From NCBI GenBank assembly GCA_963719495.1, contig CAVRCI010000001.1, positions 32,001 through 96,000 on the forward strand: a stretch of DNA of 64,000 nt, in the 5' to 3' direction. Made by a program: the position numbers and the translations under genes. How positions within the stretch are numbered: the first letter of the stretch is position 1; every line of letters starts with the position of its first letter. A model generated the notes under the pieces. It was not told the origin of the DNA. It ran no database searches and was given only the letters and a program-made list of their open reading frames with translations. This document shows positions 28,763-40,468 of the stretch, in pieces. Origin of the DNA: an uncultured Verrucomicrobiae bacterium. Lineage in GTDB: Bacteria > Verrucomicrobiota > Verrucomicrobiia > Chthoniobacterales > JAATET01.

Positions 28763-30079
28763 GTGTCCGTCCCCCGATTCGCCGCCGCGGTCGCCGTCTT
28801 TCTCCTGACCACCCCCTGGTGCCGGGCGCAGGATCCGCTGCGGCTCGATGACCGCTCGATCTCGACCTCGAAGCAATTCGTCATCTACGCGAAGGATCCG
28901 ACCGTCCGGGCCGAAGTGTCCCGCAAAGCCGAGGACTTCAAGACCGAGTTCCTCGACCTCCTCGGCATCGACGACGAGTTTAAATTCACGATCATCGTCA
29001 ACCTGACGGCCCCACCGCCATCCCAGCGGAACCCACCGAAGACCCGCCTCGGCCTCTACGAGCTCGACGGCGGCGATCTCAAGATCCAGCTCGACGTCTA
29101 CGACGTGACCGCGCTCGAGGAGCCGGAGTTCAACCGCGACCTGATAGGCACGGTCCTCCTCGAATACGCCTACCGGAACAACTCGAGCCGCGCCGGTCGT
29201 TCGTTCGAACCCGCCCCCGCCTGGGTCGTCGCCGGCCTCCTCGAAAAAATCGCCGTCCGCCGGAACGGAGCCGAAGCCGCCGCCTACGCCACCCTGCTCG
29301 CCGGCGGTGCCACGCCCCGGATCGACGATTTTTTCCGCACCCGCGCCGACCGCCTCGACCCCACGTCCCGCGTCATCTTCCAGGCACAATCCCTCGCCAT
29401 GCTCGACACCTTGCGCGGGCTTCCCGATGGCCGACCCGGCCTCCACTACTACCTCGCCGTCCCCCGCCGCTCACCACCTTCGACCGACGAGATCGTCGAC
29501 CTCTTCCCGTCGCTCGGCGGCGACGCCGAGAACCTGTCGCGTAAGTGGGTCCTCACCATCGCGCGTTCCTCCGCCACCGATCGCGTCGACCTGCTCGGCG
29601 TCCGCGAGAGCGCCAGCACCCTGGCCCAAATCCTCAACGTCCAGGCCCTCCCCGATCCAAAAAAACCCGAGACTGCCGCCATGTCCGGCCCTCTCGCCCT
29701 CGGAGCCATCGCCCGCAGCGGCAGCGGCACTTTCGTCCTCTCGCAAATGCGCGCCGACCTTCTCCGCCTGTCCCTCAAAGCCCATCCGCTCTACAAACCC
29801 CTCACCGACGAATACCTCCAAATCGTCGCCGAACTCCTCCAAAAACCCAAACGCCGCCTCGAAAAACGCATCGCCGCCGCGGAGGAGATTCGAGCCAGCC
29901 TCGGCAGCCGCACGACCGAAATGAACAGCTACCTCGACTGGGTCGAAGCCACGAAAATCCAGACCGAAAGCGACACCTTCACCGACATCGTCGAAGACAC
30001 CGCAACATCGACGGAAGCCCCCCGCCGCCCAGACCCCATCAGCCAATTCCTCGACGCCTACGAATCAGGAGTCCGGTAA
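28763..30079 (+). CDS. Hypothetical secreted protein
   Basis: Signal peptide; long ORF with typical codon use; co-oriented in an operon. Confidence 0.7.
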   Translation: MSVPRFAAAVAVFLLTTPWCRAQDPLRLDDRSISTSKQFVIYAKDPTVRAEVSRKAEDFKTEFLDLLGIDDEFKFTIIVNLTAPPPSQRNPPKTRLGLYELDGGDLKIQLDVYDVTALEEPEFNRDLIGTVLLEYAYRNNSSRAGRSFEPAPAWVVAGLLEKIAVRRNGAEAAAYATLLAGGATPRIDDFFRTRADRLDPTSRVIFQAQSLAMLDTLRGLPDGRPGLHYYLAVPRRSPPSTDEIVDLFPSLGGDAENLSRKWVLTIARSSATDRVDLLGVRESASTLAQILNVQALPDPKKPETAAMSGPLALGAIARSGSGTFVLSQMRADLLRLSLKAHPLYKPLTDEYLQIVAELLQKPKRRLEKRIAAAEEIRASLGSRTTEMNSYLDWVEATKIQTESDTFTDIVEDTATSTEAPRRPDPISQFLDAYESGVR

Positions 30080-30225
30080 AATCACCCAGGCGAGGAACTC
30101 GCCCCATCCAGGAAAAAAAACCTGTCATGCCGAGCGAAGCGAAGCATCCCTGGCTAATCGAACCGCACCTCCCTCGCAGTCACCCCGCCAACCAAACCAA
30201 GCCCCCAGCATCAAATCACCCACCA

Positions 30226-30486
30226 TTGACTCGCTCGCTCCCGCTCGTCTCGCCCTTCGGGCTGCGTCGCAGAGCCGACGCAGTCTACCCCGCGGCTTCC
30301 CAGCCGCCGGTGTTGACTCGCTCGCTCCCGCTCGTCTCGCCCTTCGGGCTGCGTCGCAGAGCCGACGCAGTCTACCCCGCGGCTTCCCAGCCGCCGGTGT
30401 TGACTCGCTCGCTCCCGCTCGTCTCGCCCTTCGGGCTGCGTCGCAGAGCCGACGCAGTCTACCCCGCGGCTTCCCAGCCGCCGGTG
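30226..30486. repeat. Three identical tandem copies of the 87-bp structured repeat
   Basis: Units start at 30226, 30313 and 30400; no spacers; followed by heptamer tract 30487-30540. Confidence 0.95.
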
Positions 30487-30541
30487 TTCACCATTCACCA
30501 TTCACCATTCACCATCCACCAATCACTAATCACCAATCCCC

Positions 30542-30685
30542 ATGCTCCGCCTGACCCGTCGCGAACGCATCCTCGTCATCGCCATCCTTCTCGCGTTCGT
30601 CACTGGTCTCATCGTAAAACACGTGCGATCCTTGGAAGCCGCACCGCCTGCCGCCGCCGATCCATCACAGAATGCAGCCCAATAA
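30542..30685 (+). CDS. Small single-TM membrane protein (47 aa), below the ORF-track cutoff
   Basis: MLRLTRRERILVIAILLAFVTGLIVKHVR...; overlaps the next gene start. Confidence 0.6.
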   Translation: MLRLTRRERILVIAILLAFVTGLIVKHVRSLEAAPPAAADPSQNAAQ

Positions 30686-31100
30686 TTTCAACGAATCCAT
30701 TGCCGCCATCTGCGCGCAGGACCCGCGCTACCACCGCGAAGTTTACTTTTTTCTGCGCGATTCCCTCGAAGACACGATCAAGCGCCGCCGCAAATCCCGC
30801 AAAGAAGCCCCGACCGACGTCGCCGCCCCCGAGCTCCTCGACGGCTTCCGCCTCTACGCCCTCAAGGAATACGGCCCCATGGCCGGCACCGTCCTCGACT
30901 ACTGGGGCATTCGCTCGACCTCCGACGTCGGCAACCTCGTCTTCAACCTCGTCGAAGCCCACGTCTTCAGCAAAACCGACCGCGACACTCCCGAAGCCTT
31001 CGCCGACGGCTTCGATTTCGAAACCGCCTTCGACGCCCCGTTCCGCCCCAAGCGAAAAAATTTGAGCAAAAACCCCGACCTCGCTGTCAAAGGCGGCTGA
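30672..31100 (+). CDS. Minf_1886 family protein (Verrucomicrobia/Planctomycetes conserved)
   Basis: DPRYHREVYFFL, ELLDGFRLYALKEYGPMA, WGIRSTSDVGNLVFNLVE. Confidence 0.85.
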   Translation: MQPNNFNESIAAICAQDPRYHREVYFFLRDSLEDTIKRRRKSRKEAPTDVAAPELLDGFRLYALKEYGPMAGTVLDYWGIRSTSDVGNLVFNLVEAHVFSKTDRDTPEAFADGFDFETAFDAPFRPKRKNLSKNPDLAVKGG

Positions 31101-33754
31101 TGTCACCCAGTTCGCTCCTTTCCGTCGTTTTCATGGCTCTTCTCGCTACTTCCGCATTCACCAAGACCACCCCACCGGTCACTCCCACCGCCACCCCGAC
31201 CCTCCCGTCTTCCTCGGCTCAAGTCTTCACCCTCGACAACGGCCTCACCCTCATTGTCGACGAGGACCACAGCGCTCCCGTCGCCAGCGTCCAAGGCTGG
31301 TGCGAGACCGGCAGCATCGACGAAGGCAAGTGGATGGGTGCCGGCCTCTCCCACATCCTCGAGCACATGCTCTTCAAGGGCACCGACAAGCGCGGCAAGG
31401 GCGTCATCGACTCCACCGTCCAGAATCTCGGCGGTTACATCAACGCCTACACGTCCTTCGACCGCACCGTTTACTGGATCGACATCCCCGCTGCCGGAGC
31501 CAGCGAAGCCGTCGACATCGTCTCCGACGTGATGATGAACGCCAACCTCCCCGCCGACGAATACGACAAGGAGCAGGAGGTCATCCGCCGCGAGTTCGCC
31601 ATGGGCTTCGACGACCCCGACCGCGTCAGCTCACGCCAGCTCTTCAGCAGCGTGTTCACCGAGAGCCCCTACCGCCACCCGGTCATCGGCTACCTCGACA
31701 TCTACAACCGCCTAACCCGCCAGGACGTCGTCGATTACTACAAATCCCGCTACGTCCCGAACAACATCTTCCTCGTCGTCACCGGTGACGTGGACGCCAT
31801 GGCGATCAAATCTCAGGTCGAGAATTTCTTCGTCGACTACCCCCGCAAACCCCTCCCGCCCGTCTACGTCCCCGCCGAGCCCAACCAGACCGGCCGCCGT
31901 GACGTCCACGAGGAATTTCCCACCGAACTCACCCGCCTCAACCTCGCCTGGCGCGTCCCCTCCGTCACCAGTCCCGACATGCCCGCGCTCGACCTCCTCG
32001 GCACCATCCTCGGCGGCGGCAACAGCAGCCCGCTCAACCAGGAGATCCGCGAAAAGAAGGGCCTCGCCCACACCATCGACGCCGGCTCCTACGCCCTCGC
32101 CGCCGAAGGCATCTTCGTCATCCAAGCCGTCACCGATCCCGGCAAACGCGACGCCGTGACCACCGAATCCCTCGCCCTCGTCGAGCAGCTCAAAAAGGAC
32201 GGCGTTACTGAGGCCGAACTCGCCAAGGCCCGCAAGTCCCTCCTCTCCTCGCAGCTCGGCGCCCTGACCACCGTCCGCGGGATGGCCTCCGACCACGGCT
32301 CGAATTGGCTCCTCACCCGCAATCTCAACTTCTCCCGCGACTACCTCAACGCCCTCAACGCCACCACGGCTGCCGACGTCCAACGCGTCGCCAACCAATA
32401 CCTCCGCGAGGACAAACTCACCGTCACCTCCCTCAACCCCGTCGGCTCCCTCGTGGCCACGGAGAAAAAACAAACCGCCCCGCGCGAAGCCACGGTCAAG
32501 GAATTCACCCTCCCGAACGGCCTCCGCCTCCTCGTCCGCGAGAACCACCGTCTCCCCCTGGTCTCCATGGTCGCCGTCTTCAAAGGCGGCCTCCTCGCCG
32601 AGACCGCCGAGAACAACGGCATCTCGACCCTCCTCGGCAGCACCATCACCAAAGGCACCACCACCCGCTCCGCCGAACAAATCGCCGACCAGATCGAATC
32701 CGTGGGCGGCGATATCGCCGGCAGCTCCGGCAACAACAGCTTCAGCGTCGCCGTCAGCGTCATGAAGCCCGACTACCAACTCGGCCTCGATCTCCTCACC
32801 GACGTCCTGGAAAACCCCACCTTCCCCGACGCCGAAGTCGCCCGCGAAAAGGAAGCCCAACTCGCCGGTATCAAAGCTGAAAACGACCAACCCACCGCCG
32901 TCGCCCGCAACGTCCTCCGCGAGCACCTCTTCGTCGACCACCCCTACGGCCTCCGCGGCAACGGCAGCCCCGAAGTCGTCCCGACGCTCACCCCCGAGCA
33001 GGTCCGCGAGTTCCACGAAAAGACCGTCACGGCGAAAAACGGAGTCCTTGCCATCTTTGGCGACGTCGACGCCGACGCCGTTTACGAATCGGTAAAGACG
33101 GCGCTCTCCGGCCTCCCGCAAGGCCGGGACATTCTCACCGACCTCCCGGAAGGCCCACGGCCCACCTCCGACGAGACCTTCACCGAGATCCGCGAGAAGA
33201 ACCAAGCCATCGTCATGATCGGCTACCCCGGCGTCGATCTCACCAGCGACGACCGCGTCATCATGGAGCTCATCGACACCGCCTCCAGCGACCTCGGCTC
33301 CCGCTTCTTCAACCGCATCCGCGAAGAGCTCGGCCTCGCCTACTTCGTCGGCACCACCCAGCTCATCGGCCCCACGCCCGGCATGCTCGTCTTCTACCTC
33401 GGCACCGACCCGACCAAGGTCGAGCGCGTCCGCACCGAATTCAAGGACGAGATCGCCAAGCTGGCCAAAGACGGTCTCACCCCCGAAGAACTCGCCCGCG
33501 CGAAAAGCAAGCTCCTCGGAGCCGAGGCGATCCGCGACCAGAGCGACAGTGCCACCGCGCAGGCCACCGCCCTCGACGTCCTCTTCGGCCTCGGCACCGA
33601 CTACCGCGACACCCGCCGCGCCGCCGTCGAAGCCGCAACCGTCGCCGACACCCAGCGCGTATCGTCCGAGTATTTCGGCAAACCCGGCAGCGTCGAAACC
33701 ATCGTCACGCCGAAGGTCGAAACAACCACCCCTTCCCCCACCCCCGAACCCTAG
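31100..33754 (+). CDS. M16 family zinc peptidase (pitrilysin-like, fused halves)
   Basis: HILEH inverted zinc motif, NAYTSFDRT, two LDNG/LPNG domains. Confidence 0.93.
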   Translation: MSPSSLLSVVFMALLATSAFTKTTPPVTPTATPTLPSSSAQVFTLDNGLTLIVDEDHSAPVASVQGWCETGSIDEGKWMGAGLSHILEHMLFKGTDKRGKGVIDSTVQNLGGYINAYTSFDRTVYWIDIPAAGASEAVDIVSDVMMNANLPADEYDKEQEVIRREFAMGFDDPDRVSSRQLFSSVFTESPYRHPVIGYLDIYNRLTRQDVVDYYKSRYVPNNIFLVVTGDVDAMAIKSQVENFFVDYPRKPLPPVYVPAEPNQTGRRDVHEEFPTELTRLNLAWRVPSVTSPDMPALDLLGTILGGGNSSPLNQEIREKKGLAHTIDAGSYALAAEGIFVIQAVTDPGKRDAVTTESLALVEQLKKDGVTEAELAKARKSLLSSQLGALTTVRGMASDHGSNWLLTRNLNFSRDYLNALNATTAADVQRVANQYLREDKLTVTSLNPVGSLVATEKKQTAPREATVKEFTLPNGLRLLVRENHRLPLVSMVAVFKGGLLAETAENNGISTLLGSTITKGTTTRSAEQIADQIESVGGDIAGSSGNNSFSVAVSVMKPDYQLGLDLLTDVLENPTFPDAEVAREKEAQLAGIKAENDQPTAVARNVLREHLFVDHPYGLRGNGSPEVVPTLTPEQVREFHEKTVTAKNGVLAIFGDVDADAVYESVKTALSGLPQGRDILTDLPEGPRPTSDETFTEIREKNQAIVMIGYPGVDLTSDDRVIMELIDTASSDLGSRFFNRIREELGLAYFVGTTQLIGPTPGMLVFYLGTDPTKVERVRTEFKDEIAKLAKDGLTPEELARAKSKLLGAEAIRDQSDSATAQATALDVLFGLGTDYRDTRRAAVEAATVADTQRVSSEYFGKPGSVETIVTPKVETTTPSPTPEP

Positions 33755-33768
33755 TCCAAGGAGACCCC

Positions 33769-34065
33769 ATGGCCGAAATCTTCAAATCTCAAAACAACGG
33801 CGAGATGACGCAGCGCTTCATCGAGTTCATCATGATGCAGGCGCAGCAATGCGCCCTCTTCCTGGGCCGCATCCCCAACCCCCAGTCGGGTCAACCCGAG
33901 CCCAACTTGGCGGTAGCCCGCATGCTCATCGACCAGCTCGAGATGCTCCGCGAAAAAACCCGGGGAAACTTGAACCACGAAGAAACCGAGATCTTGGAAA
34001 GCATCCTAACCGACCTCCAACAAGCCTTCGCCAAGGCCGAACGGGAAGAGCTGGTCCCCGCGTAA
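33769..34065 (+). CDS. DUF1844 domain protein
   Basis: LGRIPNP, ARMLIDQLEMLREKTRGNL. Confidence 0.88.
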   Translation: MAEIFKSQNNGEMTQRFIEFIMMQAQQCALFLGRIPNPQSGQPEPNLAVARMLIDQLEMLREKTRGNLNHEETEILESILTDLQQAFAKAEREELVPA

Positions 34066-34442
34066 GCCAACAGGGCCCAAGGGCACGCGGGAACCCCGGT
34101 CCCCCGGGGGACCCGGGGGACCGCGGGGACCGCGAGCTTCCAGCTCGCCGTGCTGGGCTTCCAGCCCAGCACCTCCAACCCAAACGCGAAGCGTCAAACC
34201 AAACCTTCCGACCTCCCGACCTTCCGACCCCCACAAAAAACGTTTGACACCCCCAACCAACCGGAGTTCCATGACTCTCGTAGAGCAGGTCATCCCATTC
34301 CGCCCCCCGCGGAACCCCGTGAATCGCAGCCACTGGCCGACACGTTTCCTCCGCTCGACACTCACCCCACTCCGGGCACCCGCGTAGAACGACGCTCCCC
34401 GGCCCTGGAGACTTCACCAAGTTATTCCCATCAAGGCACAGC

Positions 34443-35201
34443 ATGAGCGGCCACAGTAAATGGTCGAAAATCAAGCGCTCGAAAGGCGCTCTCGACGTCA
34501 AACGCGGGAAATTATTTTCCCAGTTGTCGAAGGAAATCACGATTGCCACCCGCTTCGGCGGCGGCAACCCGGGATTCAATCCGCGACTCCGCGCCGCCAT
34601 CCAGTCGGCGAAGTCCCAATCCATGCCCGCCGACAACATCGACCGCGCGATAAAGAAAGGCACCGGTGAACTCGAATCCGCCGCCGTCGAAGAGATCATC
34701 TACGAAGCCTACGCCCCCGGCGGCGTCGCCCTCGTCATCGAAACCGCCACCGACAACCGCAACCGCACCGCCGCCGAGATCCGCAATGCGATGACCAAAA
34801 ACCACGGCAACCTCGGCACCTCCGGCAGCGTCGCCTTCATGTTCCACCGCAAGGGCCGCATCACCCTCCCCCTCGACTCCATCGGCGAAGACGCCCTCCT
34901 CGAAATCATCCTCGAAGCCGGAGCCGAGGAACTCGCCGCCGAAGACAACGCCCACGTCATCACCACCCCCGTCGACCAGCTCTACAACGTCGCCGAAGCC
35001 CTCGCCGCCTCCGGCCACGAGCCGCTTTCGCAAACCCTCACCTTCATCCCCGAGAACCACGTCGCCCTCGGCGACCCGGCCACCGCCGAGCAGGTCCTCA
35101 AACTCTGCGACGCCCTCGACGAACTCGAAGACGTCGTGAACGTCCACGCCAATTTCGACATCCCCGAGGTCATCCTCGAAGAACTCCAGGCCCCGGCCTG
35201 A
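34443..35201 (+). CDS. yebC: YebC/PmpR family protein
   Basis: MSGHSKWSKIK, NPRLR, MPADNIDRAIKK, TDNRNRT, GSVAFMF. Confidence 0.95.
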   Translation: MSGHSKWSKIKRSKGALDVKRGKLFSQLSKEITIATRFGGGNPGFNPRLRAAIQSAKSQSMPADNIDRAIKKGTGELESAAVEEIIYEAYAPGGVALVIETATDNRNRTAAEIRNAMTKNHGNLGTSGSVAFMFHRKGRITLPLDSIGEDALLEIILEAGAEELAAEDNAHVITTPVDQLYNVAEALAASGHEPLSQTLTFIPENHVALGDPATAEQVLKLCDALDELEDVVNVHANFDIPEVILEELQAPA

Positions 35202-35229
35202 CGACTCAAACCATCACCCAATCTCCAAA

Positions 35230-36573
<1,344 letters not shown>

Positions 36574-36887
36574 AAAGAGCCACTTCAAGGAGGGCACCTT
36601 CCAGGTGCCGAAGTCGGGGAGCGCACGCGTCCCCGCGTGCGTGCAGCGGCGTCCCGCCGCTGCAACCAAGGCAAATCGAGCGAAGCGAGAGAGCCGTCCT
36701 TCTCAAGGAGCGGCGATTTGCAATTGGCTCCGCCCGTCTCCGCTTCGCTCGGCTGCCGAACCAACCCAATCCGGCGAAGCCGGACACTTCCCTCACCCAA
36801 AGGCGACCTCACCAATTCCGACAGTGCCACCCAATCGACGATCAAGCGCCAGCGTATCGTTCAAGCCCAGCGCCCGCGCCCGCGCGT

Positions 36888-37409
36888 CTAATATCCGCGA
36901 TAGTGATAGCTCAACATCCGAAAGCTATCCGCGTCCTTTTCGGCTAAGTAATAAAACAGCCGCAGCGACGTGTAGGACTGCGTCCACTGATACCCGAGCA
37001 CCGTTTGCACCACGCCATCCTCGCGCGTCTTCGAACGCGAGATGTTCCGGCTCGTCCCGTATTTCCGATCCAGATTTCGCCGCGTCTGCTCGAAGACCGC
37101 GTTCAATTTCGACGTGTCCCACGAAGGATCCGCGTATTGCAGTTCCACTTCCACCAGCGCGTCGTTGGTGAAATAAAAAATCGACCGCTTCAACCGCGGA
37201 TCCGGATGCCCCTCCACGACGATCGCGCTCTTGCCGTCGATCTCGCGATGATCCACCACCTCCGCCTTCGCCCTGGTCACCGTGCTCTCGACGATCCCGG
37301 GAGGATCACCCCACCGAAAATTGAAGGGCACCTTGATGTCCTCCGCACCCTGCGCCACCGCGACCAGGCCGATCGACACCGCCAGAAACCAGCGCCGCAC
37401 CGCACTCAT
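36888..37409 (-). CDS. Hypothetical secreted protein
   Basis: Signal peptide; PFNFRWG motif; coupled to the upstream gene. Confidence 0.7.
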   Translation of the reverse strand: MSAVRRWFLAVSIGLVAVAQGAEDIKVPFNFRWGDPPGIVESTVTRAKAEVVDHREIDGKSAIVVEGHPDPRLKRSIFYFTNDALVEVELQYADPSWDTSKLNAVFEQTRRNLDRKYGTSRNISRSKTREDGVVQTVLGYQWTQSYTSLRLFYYLAEKDADSFRMLSYHYRGY

Positions 37410-38761
37410 TCCGCGTCCACGCCGTAGAGATCGAAATCCCCGCAGTCGAAGGCCGCCATCCGCGACAAATTCGAAACTACGAACTCCTCCACCACCGAGC
37501 CATTCCCCTGAAACAACCGCACACTCCCCGGCTCCGTCCCCGGCACCACCGCCACCCCCTTCAATCCCGCGCGGTCGCTCACCCGCACCAGCAGTAGACC
37601 ATTTTCCGTCGCCAAATAGCTGCCCTGAGAGTCGAACGCGGCAGACAATTCGATCACCCGGCCATCCGGGTCGAGCTCATTGGGATCCAGAGCGACCTCG
37701 GCCGTCAGACCTCGCGAATCAGCCCCGCCCGCCGGAGTGGCCCGACCGTCCGCGACTCCAAATTCTTCGTTCGGCGTAATCATGCGTTCCAGGACAATTC
37801 GCCAGTCGGACACCGGTCGGTCCCCTTCGCCGTCCGTCGCAACGGCCGTCTCGAGCACCATCATCCGAACCCGCTGAATCGCTCCGTTGACCTCCAACAC
37901 CGCGATGGCCTCCGCCGTATTCGAAGCTCCAATCCCCGTTGGAACGAACCCCGCTTCATCCGGCGGAAGGGTTCGCAAAATTTCACCATCGGTGCCGACC
38001 TGCACGACCGCCGTCAGAGCCCCGGTCTCGACCACCGCCCACTTCGTGCCGTCCGGACCCGCCGTCCAATCGAGCACCCGCGCGCCTTCAACAACCGGAG
38101 GCTCACCCGCATCGCCCCCCCGCACTTCCGAAGCCACCGCCGTCCCGTCCTCGAGGGCGTAGGCCCGATCTCCCGCTTCCGTCACCACGCGCACCGCACT
38201 CCCCGCGATCCCGGCGAGACCCGTGGCCCCGGGCACGGAGATCGTCCAACCCGTCCCCGCCTCGCTCACCGGCACCCGCTCGAGCACCGGTCCCGTCTTC
38301 GACTCGAACAGCACGACCAAGTTCGCCGGATCCACGAGTTCAACGTCCATCACCCGCGTCACCGCAGCATCACTCGCTTCGTCGACCCAGTCGTTGAAAT
38401 GAAACGCCTCGCCCCGAATGCTCACCGCGTCCCCGACGACGAATCCCCTCGCCGCGTAGGTCCCCGCCGGGCAGCGCAGCCCCGCATCGTCGAGTCCGTC
38501 CCAATACGTGATGTAACCGTTGAGCCCCTGGTCGAAGACCGAGGCATCCCGATCCGTCACCAACCGCCGCACCAACGAACCGGTGGCATCGAAGACACCC
38601 AGCACAAAACGCCCCGGCAGCTCCGGCGGCGCGAAGATCAATCGGATCGGCGGCTGCCCGATCGCCGGTTCGACGGGGGGTTCCTCCGGCACGGTCATGA
38701 GCTGCGCGCGTAAACCCGTCACCGCCACGAGCAGCGCAAGCATCGTTAAAAATTTCTTCAC
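37406..38761 (-). CDS. Hypothetical secreted protein with FlgD-like Ig domain
   Basis: GTG start VKKFLTMLALL; GVFDATGSLVRRL...WDGLDDAG...PAGTY. Confidence 0.7.
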   Translation of the reverse strand: MKKFLTMLALLVAVTGLRAQLMTVPEEPPVEPAIGQPPIRLIFAPPELPGRFVLGVFDATGSLVRRLVTDRDASVFDQGLNGYITYWDGLDDAGLRCPAGTYAARGFVVGDAVSIRGEAFHFNDWVDEASDAAVTRVMDVELVDPANLVVLFESKTGPVLERVPVSEAGTGWTISVPGATGLAGIAGSAVRVVTEAGDRAYALEDGTAVASEVRGGDAGEPPVVEGARVLDWTAGPDGTKWAVVETGALTAVVQVGTDGEILRTLPPDEAGFVPTGIGASNTAEAIAVLEVNGAIQRVRMMVLETAVATDGEGDRPVSDWRIVLERMITPNEEFGVADGRATPAGGADSRGLTAEVALDPNELDPDGRVIELSAAFDSQGSYLATENGLLLVRVSDRAGLKGVAVVPGTEPGSVRLFQGNGSVVEEFVVSNLSRMAAFDCGDFDLYGVDAE

Positions 38762-40347
38762 AGGTAATGCCGCCAATCGACGTCGGCGAACAGACTGTCG
38801 CGCCCTTCGCAGAAGGCAAGGAAGTCCGTGTCGTCCCGGCCCGCAATCAGCGCGTCGTAGAGTCGGTTGAACCGCAGAACGTGGTCCTTCGTCCGCTTCG
38901 TCGCGTATTCGCTCGCCGTCCCCGTCTTCATCAAAAACGCCCAATCGCTCGCCTGCGCCAGCAACAACTCGCGCACCATCTGCCGCAAAATTCGCTCGAT
39001 CGCCGGAGTCGGCGCCTCGCCCTCCGGGCCACCGTATTTACGCGCGCTTCGGATCATCCGTCCCGCCGCCGCGTGCAGGTGCGGGTAAATCCACGAATTG
39101 CACCGATCCAGCCACACCTCCCAATACCCCTTGTTCCCCCAACTCGACGGCGACGGCGACACGAGCTGAAGCGTCGGGTGCCGTCGCAGGTATTCTTCCG
39201 GCGTCGTCAGCCGGAAAGTATCCTGATCGAACGCCGCCTTCCGCAGGAACATCTCCAAAAATTCAGGCCCCTCGAACCACCAATGACCGAACAGCTCCGC
39301 GTCGAACGGACTCACCACCATCGGCTCGACCGGCAACTGACCCGCCAACTGCTGGATCTGACGCACCCGGCTGTCGAGAAAATGCCCGGCGTGCGAGTCC
39401 ACCGCCGCCTCCGCCCACCCGCGATTGTAGAGTTCTTTCTCCGGCCCGCCGGTAATCCGGTGATACTTGATCCCCGTGAAACGCCGGTGATCCGTCTTGA
39501 GAAACCGCCCCAGGTATTCCTCCGGCAGATCCTGGCCGATATCCCGATAAAATTCCCGGTAAGCCGGATCGCCCGGATACCCTTCTTTCGCGCTCCAAAC
39601 CTGCCGACTCGAGTCCCGGTCGCGCCCAAAAACCGCCGGCCCCTCGGGCAAAAAATACGGCGAGTAAATCGCAAAACGTGGCTTCGGCTGACCAAACATC
39701 AACCCGTGCGCATCCACCACGAACCAGCGAATCCCCGCCTCGCGCAGCAAGTCCCCCACCCCCGGCACGTAGGCGCACTCTGGCAGCCAAATCCCCCGCG
39801 GATCCCGCCCGAAGCATTCCCGATACGAGTCCCGCCCAATGAGGATCTGCGCCCGCATCGCCTCCGGAAATTGCTCCATCAGTGGCAGGAACCCATGCGT
39901 CGCCGCGCAGGTGATGATCTCGATCACCCCGTCGTCCTGTAGCTGGGCAAACGCCCCCACGATGTCGCGCCCCAGATCCTTCGTGTAAAATTCCAGCCCC
40001 TCCTCGAAACGGCCCAGATAAAACCGGGCCAGCTCGTTCATCGCCGCGTCGCCCTCCGTCCGCTCGATCTCCGCCCGCGCCAGCTCGACGCCGCGCGCCA
40101 GGTAACGCTCCGCCCGTGACTGCAACAACGGATCCCGCAGCATCTCACACAGGGTAGGCGTCATCGTAAACGTCAGCCGCGCCCCGACGCCCTCCGATTT
40201 CAACCGCCGCAGCATTCGCAACAGCGGCAAATACGTCTCCGCGATCGCCTCGTAGAGCCAATCCTCCTCGAGAAATTCCTCGTGCTCCGGATGCCGCACG
40301 AACGGCAAATGGGCGTGCAAAATCAGGGCAAGCGAACCAACGGGCAT
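38758..40347 (-). CDS. GH57 1,4-alpha-glucan branching enzyme (DUF1957)
   Basis: HAHLPFV, EAIAETYLP, THGFLP, GIWLPECAY, PFDAELFGHWWFEG, QASDWAF. Confidence 0.93.
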   Translation of the reverse strand: MPVGSLALILHAHLPFVRHPEHEEFLEEDWLYEAIAETYLPLLRMLRRLKSEGVGARLTFTMTPTLCEMLRDPLLQSRAERYLARGVELARAEIERTEGDAAMNELARFYLGRFEEGLEFYTKDLGRDIVGAFAQLQDDGVIEIITCAATHGFLPLMEQFPEAMRAQILIGRDSYRECFGRDPRGIWLPECAYVPGVGDLLREAGIRWFVVDAHGLMFGQPKPRFAIYSPYFLPEGPAVFGRDRDSSRQVWSAKEGYPGDPAYREFYRDIGQDLPEEYLGRFLKTDHRRFTGIKYHRITGGPEKELYNRGWAEAAVDSHAGHFLDSRVRQIQQLAGQLPVEPMVVSPFDAELFGHWWFEGPEFLEMFLRKAAFDQDTFRLTTPEEYLRRHPTLQLVSPSPSSWGNKGYWEVWLDRCNSWIYPHLHAAAGRMIRSARKYGGPEGEAPTPAIERILRQMVRELLLAQASDWAFLMKTGTASEYATKRTKDHVLRFNRLYDALIAGRDDTDFLAFCEGRDSLFADVDWRHYL

Positions 40348-40468
40348 CAGGGAAATCGGGCGAAAACCGCCCCGCCAAACATCACCCGCCCCCCCACAAA
40401 CCCGCAAGCCCCGACTTCCCGCTTCAACGCCGCACACCTTCCCACGAAACCGCCGAGCCACCCACCGA

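Noticed and set aside
30226..30486. CRISPR array
   Set aside because: Units are 87 bp, identical and contiguous, with no unique spacers and no cas genes
34280..34440. Riboswitch or 6S RNA upstream of yebC
   Set aside because: No conserved motif I can recognise; an Rfam cmscan would be needed
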